Assembly: GCA_963614045.1 (NCBI GenBank)
Contig: CAVEBU010000003.1
Location: forward strand, 986 to 64,985
DNA length: 64,000 nucleotides
Reading direction: 5' to 3'
Source: Alistipes finegoldii
GTDB lineage: Bacteria > Bacillota > Clostridia > Christensenellales > UBA1242
Position numbers and translations under genes: made by a program. Every line of letters starts with the position of its first letter. Within the stretch, counting starts at the first letter, position 1. Shown piece after piece: positions 57,415 to 64,000 of the stretch. The notes under the pieces are model-generated. The model was not told the origin of the DNA and searched no databases. It saw nothing but the letters and a program-made list of their open reading frames with translations.

Positions 57415-58122
57415 TTATGCTGAGAACTTGCCTGCGTTATCCAATTTTTCAATTGCGTCGTACAAGTTTATAAAGTTAGCATAGCCTGTGTACATAAACT
57501 TTGTAGATGTAGATGATTCGTCTTTAGTTTTACGCAAATAGAAAGTGTTTTGCGTAGCGGAAGTTGAATTACTTACAGCAAACACTGCAGCATAATAATA
57601 AGTTGGCGTAGTAATTTTTGTCTGATTACCGATTAAATAGTAAGTAAAAGTATCACCGTTGGCATCGGTCATTTCTAGCCCATCGTCCCACAAGAAGTAA
57701 ACAGCGTAAGTGCCGTCTTTTGCTAAATTCGAGTAAGATTTTGACGAACTCTGATCGTACACTGCAGTCTTGCCTTTACCCGCATAACCATTAAACATCG
57801 TGTCAATTACGGTAGGTGAACCTGACTTGTTGTATGCATCCCAGATCGTCTGAAAATCTTCTTTTGTACGGTCGTCGTCAGAATACAAAGTCAAATAAGC
57901 CGTTGAAGATTTCAGCACAATCCTATCAGGAGTCTTCTCAAACTTAACACCTGTATGAGTTGGAATTACAGCCAAAAGGATTGTAGTAAGAATAAGAATA
58001 CCGATAATTGAGTACGATACAATAAAGAATATTAAGTTACCCTTGCTCAAACTCTTGAAGAATGATAACTTCGTGCTGTCTTGCACTAATTTTTTTGTGT
58101 TGTCTTGATTTTCCATAGTCAT
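57415..58122 (-). CDS. Membrane-anchored (type II) protein of unknown function
   Basis: 235 aa with one N-terminal TM helix (LIFFIVSYSIIGILILTTILLAVI) and a Y/T/S-rich extracytoplasmic domain; no motif recognised. Confidence 0.5.
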   Translation of the reverse strand: MTMENQDNTKKLVQDSTKLSFFKSLSKGNLIFFIVSYSIIGILILTTILLAVIPTHTGVKFEKTPDRIVLKSSTAYLTLYSDDDRTKEDFQTIWDAYNKSGSPTVIDTMFNGYAGKGKTAVYDQSSSKSYSNLAKDGTYAVYFLWDDGLEMTDANGDTFTYYLIGNQTKITTPTYYYAAVFAVSNSTSATQNTFYLRKTKDESSTSTKFMYTGYANFINLYDAIEKLDNAGKFSA

Positions 58123-58200
58123 TACCTTTTTGTATTAATATTTAAAGCAAAGTACCAAATTTTGCTACACTATAATATCACAATAAACCGATACGGTCAA

Positions 58201-60459
58201 CTAATTTTCACTGTTTTTTGTTTTTGTTTTGCTTTTTTCAGCATTTTTTGTAGAAACTTGGTCAACTTTCACTTCGTTAGCCGATTCGCTAGCACTTTGC
58301 TCTTCAGTTGCTTCAACAGAATTTTCTGCTTTAGTCGTCTTGTTGTCTTCCTTCTTTTCAGCAGAATTTTCCTTTTTAGTAGATTTTTTGTGTTTCGAAT
58401 CAGTTTGGCTCGAATTTGTGTAAGCCCCAAAGACAGTTTTACCAAAATCGTCCATAGCGCTCATGGTTTCGGCGGTTTTTTGTTCCTCTGCTTGCTTTTT
58501 ACGAGCCAGAACCTCTGCATCTCTTTTCTTACGCTCGGCAGTACGTTTATCCATAGCTTCCATAACTTGCGAAGAAGTCATACCACTCATCAATTCGTCA
58601 ACCTCTTCAGCGTAAATCGTTTGTTTTTCAAGCAAAGTCTTAGCCATTTCGTCCAAAATACTACGATTTTTGGTTAATATCTCAATTGCACGCTTCTCGC
58701 CCGATTCGATAAATGCCTTAACTTCCGCATCAATAAGGTCGGCAGTATGCTCACTAATGTTTGACCTTTGTTGGAAATCACGACCCAAAAATACTTCGCC
58801 ACCCGATGCATAACAAACAGGCCCTAATTTTTCGCTCATACCATATTTGGTTACCATATCACGAGCGATATTGGTTGCAACCTCGATATCGTTTGACGGA
58901 CCAGTAGCCACATGCCCAAAAATCAATTTTTCGGCAGCACGACCACCCATAAGCCCTGCAATATGATTAAGCATTTCTTCACGAGTAAGCTGGTAAGTAT
59001 CCCCGCCATGCTTACGGTCAATTTGACTTGTCATACCGCCCGACATTCCACGTGGAATAATGGTAACTTCTTGGACTTCCTTGTCATCGCCGTTGATTGA
59101 TTTAATAACAATTGCGTGACCTGATTCGTGATAAGCGGTAAATCTCTTTTCTTCATCACTCATCTTGCGATTCTTCTTTTGCGGACCATATTCCACCTTA
59201 AGCGAACCCTCAAAAATATCAGTTTCGGTAATCAAATTCCTATTGTCACGAACAGCTAAAATTGCCGCTTCGTTAAGGATATTTTCAATATCAGCACCCG
59301 TAGTTGACGGCAATCTTCTTGCAATTCCTTCCCAATCAATATCGTCAGCAAAAGGCTTATTCTTCGCATAAAGCTTGAGAATCTTAATTCTACCCTCAAG
59401 GTCAGGCACGTTAACGACAATTCGTCTATCAAACCTACCCGCACGCAGTAGCGCTGGGTCAAGAACATCAGGGCGGTTGGTTGCAGCAATAACCACAATT
59501 CCCGCACTCGACTCAAAGCCGTCCATCTGCACAAGCAATTGATTCAAAGTTTGCTCACGCTCGTCGTTTGTGTTACCAAGCCCTGCACCTCTTTGACGAC
59601 CTACAGCATCAATTTCGTCAATAAAAATCAGACATGGACTGCTACGCTTTGCTGTTTCAAACAAATCACGCACACGAGCAGCACCGACACCGACATACAT
59701 TTCCACGAAGTCACTACCCGTAATGCTAAAGAACGGAACACCCGCTTCACCAGCAATCGCCTTTGCAAGCAAGGTTTTACCTGTTCCAGGAGGGCCTACA
59801 AGCATAACACCTTTAGGAATTCTAGCGCCCATATCGGTAAATTTGCGTGGGTTTTTCAAAAATTCTACGATTTCCTGCATTTCTTGTTTTTCTTCGTCAC
59901 AGCCAGCAACATCAGAAAAACGCACTTTCAAGCCACTATCCATTCTCGCTTTACTACGGCCGAATTCACCATTTTTGCCCGACATTTTGGTCATAGCTTT
60001 ATAAACAAAGTACCCCAAAATCACTAGCATTATAATATAAATGTATGGCAAAAGCCTACTGAGTAGCGGTTCAGAAACAGGCGACGCAGTAATCTGAATC
60101 GTGGTTGTATCCCCGTTGACTTTCTCTACTTTTGTCTGAATATTCTCCACCTGATAAGTGTAAGCGACAACCACATAAAAATCGTATTGTTTAGGGAAAG
60201 CCTCAAGTTTTTTCTTTGTTGCCTCCTCAGTTTCCCCTTTATAAATACCATAAACGGTAGTACCATAAAAATGCACAGCCGCTATTTGAGTATTTTCTGT
60301 AGAAGTACCCAATTTCTCGTAAAATGTATCGATCGTGATTTCCTTTTTGCTGTCGCCCGAACCCAAAAACGCAAACAACAACACAACAATAAGAAACGCA
60401 ATCAGCAAAATTGGAAAAAGCGAAACACTTTTTGGCCCATTATTCATTGGTCTATTCAT
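58201..60459 (-). CDS. ftsH: ATP-dependent zinc metalloprotease FtsH with a long K/E-rich C-terminal tail
   Basis: Walker A GPPGTGKT, Walker [12 protein letters not shown] and zinc motif HESGHA. The tail is about 125 aa. Confidence 0.95.
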   Translation of the reverse strand: MNRPMNNGPKSVSLFPILLIAFLIVVLLFAFLGSGDSKKEITIDTFYEKLGTSTENTQIAAVHFYGTTVYGIYKGETEEATKKKLEAFPKQYDFYVVVAYTYQVENIQTKVEKVNGDTTTIQITASPVSEPLLSRLLPYIYIIMLVILGYFVYKAMTKMSGKNGEFGRSKARMDSGLKVRFSDVAGCDEEKQEMQEIVEFLKNPRKFTDMGARIPKGVMLVGPPGTGKTLLAKAIAGEAGVPFFSITGSDFVEMYVGVGAARVRDLFETAKRSSPCLIFIDEIDAVGRQRGAGLGNTNDEREQTLNQLLVQMDGFESSAGIVVIAATNRPDVLDPALLRAGRFDRRIVVNVPDLEGRIKILKLYAKNKPFADDIDWEGIARRLPSTTGADIENILNEAAILAVRDNRNLITETDIFEGSLKVEYGPQKKNRKMSDEEKRFTAYHESGHAIVIKSINGDDKEVQEVTIIPRGMSGGMTSQIDRKHGGDTYQLTREEMLNHIAGLMGGRAAEKLIFGHVATGPSNDIEVATNIARDMVTKYGMSEKLGPVCYASGGEVFLGRDFQQRSNISEHTADLIDAEVKAFIESGEKRAIEILTKNRSILDEMAKTLLEKQTIYAEEVDELMSGMTSSQVMEAMDKRTAERKKRDAEVLARKKQAEEQKTAETMSAMDDFGKTVFGAYTNSSQTDSKHKKSTKKENSAEKKEDNKTTKAENSVEATEEQSASESANEVKVDQVSTKNAEKSKTKTKNSEN

Positions 60460-60524
60460 TATTCTCTCCTTAAATTATTCCATTAATTCAATAATTAATA
60501 TTGTCAAGTATAACACAATTAAAA

Positions 60525-60556
60525 CAAAAAATAAAGCATTTGCACACAAATTGCTT
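60525..60556 (-). terminator. Intrinsic terminator after holA
   Basis: Minus strand AAGCAATTTG-TGTG-CAAATGCTT (1 bulge) followed by TATTTTTTG. Confidence 0.5.
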
Positions 60557-60591
60557 ATTTTTTTACATAAAAATCCCTTTTGTACATTTTT

Positions 60592-61563
60592 TTACAGCGT
60601 TACCACGCTCGTAATAAAGAAATACAGCGCATTTTTATCACTCATTTCGCCTGCTTTAATCTTGTAATCAAGACTCGCACCCAAATCAAGCGCTTTTTTT
60701 AGTTTCGGCAAACTAAATCTCGCCCCCGTTTCTCTAGCAATCTTAACCGCATATTCTTTTATGCCTAATTTGGTCGCAACTACCGCATTACTGTCTTTGC
60801 TTGATAATGCAAAAAACATCCTACGGAAATTGCCCACAATAAGCATAATCAACATTTGAGGTGATTCTTTTCGCAAAAGCAGTTGCTCCACAATTTGCAT
60901 CGCCTTTTTGCCGTTTTTATTTACAACGGCGTTACTTAATTCAAAAACATCGTATTCAATTTCACGATGAACATTCTGCTCCACGATTTCTAAAGCCACA
61001 AGCCCGCCCGAGCCAAGCATATTGCCTAACTTTATTACTTCGTTGTTGATTCGTGTGTAATCATTATTGCAATAATTGATAAGCCTTTCTAGTGCGTCGC
61101 TGTTGATTTTTACTCCAAAAGTATTGAGTTGCGTGACTACAAGTTTAGCAAGCATTGTCGAGTCCATCGGCGAACAGTCGACAATTTCGCAAAGCGGTTC
61201 AAGTTTCTTTAACGCCGAATTCCCCACCGAATCCACGATTATTAAAACGGTAGAAAGTAGCGGTTTTTGTAAATATTTGATTAGCGGTGCAACTTCGTCA
61301 GCTTTTTTGACAGCGATATCTTTTAGCACCACGACCCTGTGTTCGTCCATCATAGGAATCGACAGACAAGCAGAGATTATCGCCGACATATCGGTGTTTT
61401 CATCGGTAAAATACGCCAAATTAAGATCCTTAATCTTTAACGAAAAGTTAACAATCATTTCGACTGATTTTTGCCGTAAAAACGCATCGCTACCCTTGAT
61501 AAAATATGCTTGCTTAATGTTCGATAGAGATTTTTTTAATTCTTGAAACTTCATAATTTGCAC
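60592..61563 (-). CDS. holA: DNA polymerase III delta subunit
   Basis: 323 aa with delta N-terminal-like start (...LKKSLSNIKQAYFIKGSDAFL...); conserved position after comEC. Confidence 0.8.
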   Translation of the reverse strand: MQIMKFQELKKSLSNIKQAYFIKGSDAFLRQKSVEMIVNFSLKIKDLNLAYFTDENTDMSAIISACLSIPMMDEHRVVVLKDIAVKKADEVAPLIKYLQKPLLSTVLIIVDSVGNSALKKLEPLCEIVDCSPMDSTMLAKLVVTQLNTFGVKINSDALERLINYCNNDYTRINNEVIKLGNMLGSGGLVALEIVEQNVHREIEYDVFELSNAVVNKNGKKAMQIVEQLLLRKESPQMLIMLIVGNFRRMFFALSSKDSNAVVATKLGIKEYAVKIARETGARFSLPKLKKALDLGASLDYKIKAGEMSDKNALYFFITSVVTL

Positions 61564-61614
61564 CTTTATTTGTATTTTAACACAATTTATTAAGATTGTA
61601 AAGCGTTTTCGCCA

Positions 61615-63225
61615 CTACAAAATCATAAAAAAGGATAAAACAAATCCAACCAAAAATACCGATAAAGTCGACACAGCTAAAGGAATTTTGACATACGGTT
61701 TTGCAATACATTGCTGACTGCAGAAAAATGTAGCAAAATACCAATTTACTAGCGCCCAGTCGGGAATTTTATTTAACGCAACGGACGCATAAGGCACAGA
61801 CGCAAATAACCACGCCCCCTTATCGACAAGCCAAAATCCCCACTGCAAAAGCCATAAAATTCTATCAATAAACGGAATTATTAGCGCAATCAACGTAATA
61901 CAAAACAAAATCATAAACACATAACCAAAAAGCGGAACAAGAATCAAGTTCGCAAGCAACCCAACAAGCGAAAAGTATCCAAACGCATTGATAATTATCG
62001 GCGCAGTCATTAGTGTCGCTGAAACGGTTAACGCAATCGGTCCAGACAGTCTGCCGAATTTTAATCGAACCAACCCACGCTCAATCGGTTTGTATAGCAA
62101 AAAGATTCCAAATACACCCAAATAACTCAACAAAAAGCTTAAATCGAACACATACATAGGGTAAATCAATAGCAGAATTATCCCCGAAAGCGATATACTC
62201 GTCAAATCATCTCTTTGCTTGCCGAAAAGTTGAGCAGTAACAAGGAAAATTGACATCATACTCGACCGCACAATACTCGGCGTCATATCGCATAAAATTG
62301 CATAAAAAGTAAGAATAACAATGATAACCGCCACTTTTACCCAGCGATTCGCTCGCACTTTCTTTAACACCCAAAGCAATAATAACATTATAAATGCTGT
62401 GTTTAACCCACTTACTGCAACCACGTGCATAATACCAGAAATTTGAAAGTTATAAGCAATTTCAGGATCCAACTCCGTCCTGTCTCCCACCAATACACTA
62501 AACGCAAGCCCTGCGTACTTTTCGCCCATATTTTGCTTGTACATATTCCTAATGCGCTCACGCAACGAGTCCCAAAAATCCATTTCACCGTCAATAAAAG
62601 TTATCGATTCAAGATCAGTAAAGCAAGAATATTGATAATTGTTTGAATATGCAAATGTATTGATTTCCTTTGTTCCAAAGACTGGTGTCGCCACCAATTT
62701 GCCAGTCAAAACGATTTCGTTGCCTGGAAGAATTTTGGACAGTTCAGCCTCCGAATAACTCGTTTCGCCTTCTCTATAATAAAGATAAATGAATACATTG
62801 CTATTCAGATTTCTTATGCCATTGACCGAAAATTCACCAATAACCTGCACATTACTTATTATAAAATATACGCCTTTTTCCTTTTCTATGTAGTTGCCCT
62901 CAACTTTGCCGTAAACACTGTAATTCATATCCTCATTTGGCGTAAAGTCTACCTTGTGCCGAGCATAATCAACGTGATACATCCCAAAACCCAAACTCAT
63001 AAACAACACGATGACTACCACGAATTTCCACCAGCCCCAGAAATACGCAAAAAATTTTGATTTCGGGAAAATAAAATGAAACACAAAAAAGACTAGCAGA
63101 ATTCCTAGGAAAATCACAAATCCATACAAAAACCACGTACTGTCATAATGATAAAGTTTTCCAACCCAAATTCCTAACGCTAGCGATAAAAATGCAAAAA
63201 ATATCAGTCTAAAATGTGCAATCAT
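61615..63225 (-). CDS. comEC: ComEC/Rec2 DNA internalisation channel protein (OB/DUF4131 plus competence domain, no metallo-beta-lactamase domain)
   Basis: 536-aa polytopic protein; VLVGDRTELDPEIAYNFQISGIMHVVAVSGLN competence-domain signature. It ends before any HxHxDH motif. Confidence 0.85.
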   Translation of the reverse strand: MIAHFRLIFFAFLSLALGIWVGKLYHYDSTWFLYGFVIFLGILLVFFVFHFIFPKSKFFAYFWGWWKFVVVIVLFMSLGFGMYHVDYARHKVDFTPNEDMNYSVYGKVEGNYIEKEKGVYFIISNVQVIGEFSVNGIRNLNSNVFIYLYYREGETSYSEAELSKILPGNEIVLTGKLVATPVFGTKEINTFAYSNNYQYSCFTDLESITFIDGEMDFWDSLRERIRNMYKQNMGEKYAGLAFSVLVGDRTELDPEIAYNFQISGIMHVVAVSGLNTAFIMLLLLWVLKKVRANRWVKVAVIIVILTFYAILCDMTPSIVRSSMMSIFLVTAQLFGKQRDDLTSISLSGIILLLIYPMYVFDLSFLLSYLGVFGIFLLYKPIERGLVRLKFGRLSGPIALTVSATLMTAPIIINAFGYFSLVGLLANLILVPLFGYVFMILFCITLIALIIPFIDRILWLLQWGFWLVDKGAWLFASVPYASVALNKIPDWALVNWYFATFFCSQQCIAKPYVKIPLAVSTLSVFLVGFVLSFFMIL

Positions 63226-63576
63226 CCTCTTTTGTATTCCCTTCGCAGTTTTTCCCTATTTTATCATACAACATAGCAAATTTCAATACCTATTTCGCAA
63301 TTTCCCACCAAATTTCACCTTTTTCTTCCCTCTCTACCTCCAAATCGCCTCAAAAATCTCACCGCACCCCCCACAAACTCAAGAAATCACCCAGCAATTT
63401 ACCCCCACTGCCTCACGCCCCGCCTAAAGCTTTTATGGTCAGAATACTCACATATAATTGTAAATATAATTGTATAAATTATGTATAGTGATTTTGGGCT
63501 TTTAACGTTTGGAGGAATGATGACGGACAAAGGGAAACCTTTGCGTTAAAAGGATATATTCCTCTTCAATTATGCA

Positions 63577-63603
63577 GACGGGCGGGGTGTTACCCCGCCC
63601 GTC
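63577..63603. other. Perfect 11-bp GC-rich hairpin abutting repeat copy B
   Basis: GACGGGCGGGG-TGTTA-CCCCGCCCGTC; the right arm overlaps the first bases of the repeat arm GTCATCCTGAG. Confidence 0.6.
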
Positions 63604-64000
63604 ATCCTGAGACTCGACCCGCGCTAGCCTATATTCGAAGGATCTGTGAGGGCATCGCCCGAACCCAGATTGAAAACAAAAAAGGCAGTCCTTTGCCTTT
63701 TTTGTTATATAAAATGAATTTTAGCATTTTACTATTTAAATTGGGGTTCAGCGGTAAACCGCTTCACAGATCCTTCGAATATAGGCTTGCGCGGGTCGAC
63801 GCTCAGGATGACGGCTAGAGAGCGAATTGCTCTCTAGCCGTAAGACGACAAAAAAGCCCGCTTGGGCTTTTTTGGTCATTTTAATATTATATATAAATAT
63901 TTTACAATTTAAAGTACTTAAAAGAACGGAGTTTTTCGGGGGAGAAGCAAGCAAGACGAGGAGCATGCCGAAAATCACGAAGGCGCATAGTCAGACCTAT
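63599..64000. repeat. Composite palindromic intergenic repeat, copy B (both arms intact; tail split by a ~100-bp insertion; runs to the window end)
   Basis: Left arm 63599-63666 and right arm 63743-63814 are inverted copies. The core 51 nt has 3 mismatches. Central hairpin 63676-63704. The tail resumes at 63953 after an insertion (63851-63952) that carries its own AGCCC-GCTT-GGGCT hairpin. Confidence 0.7.

Noticed and set aside
58105-58677. 190-aa plus-strand ORF antisense to the ftsH tail
   Set aside because: It mirrors the K/E-rich FtsH tail (giving F/L/S-rich nonsense) and has no RBS.
63500-63550. Tiny ORF ATGATGACGGACAAAGGGAAACCTTTGCGTTAA (10 codons) after GGAGG
   Set aside because: The spacing between GGAGG and the ATG is only 2 nt. 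There is no downstream gene on that strand for it to regulate, and it lies in repeat-flanking DNA.

Overview
Visibly AT-rich chromosomal segment from an endospore-forming Firmicute (Clostridia-like). It carries about 62 protein genes, and all but four are on the minus strand. The content is almost entirely conserved housekeeping clusters: xseB-xseA-nusB-asp23; the complete spoIIIAA-AH operon; truB-nrnA-rbfA-infB-ylxQ-ylxR-nusA; rseP-cdsA-uppS-frr and tsf-rpsB; DUF1292-ruvX; nifU-nifS, trxA, hisS; hslUV-trmFO-topA-dprA-comM; rpsU; a class I lysyl-tRNA synthetase; dnaB; sigK (uninterrupted); uvrBA; and ftsH-holA-comEC. I saw no rRNA, tRNA, CRISPR array, transposase, integrase, or recognisable toxin or defence gene, and I did not find a clear-cut multi-gene novel system. 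The stretches that merit a second look are these. (1) A 520-aa protein sits in the polC slot and looks like PolC N-terminal/OB domains fused directly to the DEDDh proofreading exonuclease, with no PHP or polymerase part. (2) Three tandem copies of a YdcK-like beta-helix module in two genes, with a 44-codon membrane micro-ORF between them. (3) Two giant type-I-anchored surface proteins flank uvrBA: one with 4 CBM-like jelly rolls and a cytoplasmic coiled coil, the other Ig/HYR-like. Nearby are a 69-aa peptide with 12 cysteines and a lipoprotein. (4) DnaB carries a roughly 110-aa Pro/acidic tail ending in an SSB-like DDDPLF tip and is translationally coupled to a small membrane protein. (5) A composite palindromic repeat family occurs in two copies, bracketing the ftsH-holA-comEC block. 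(6) Smaller oddities: an IscU-like scaffold missing one cluster-ligand Cys, a TSUP transporter split into two half-size genes, and pyrH, dxr, proS and rimP absent from their usual synteny. All calls come from reading the ORF translations and the DNA by eye. No database search was run.
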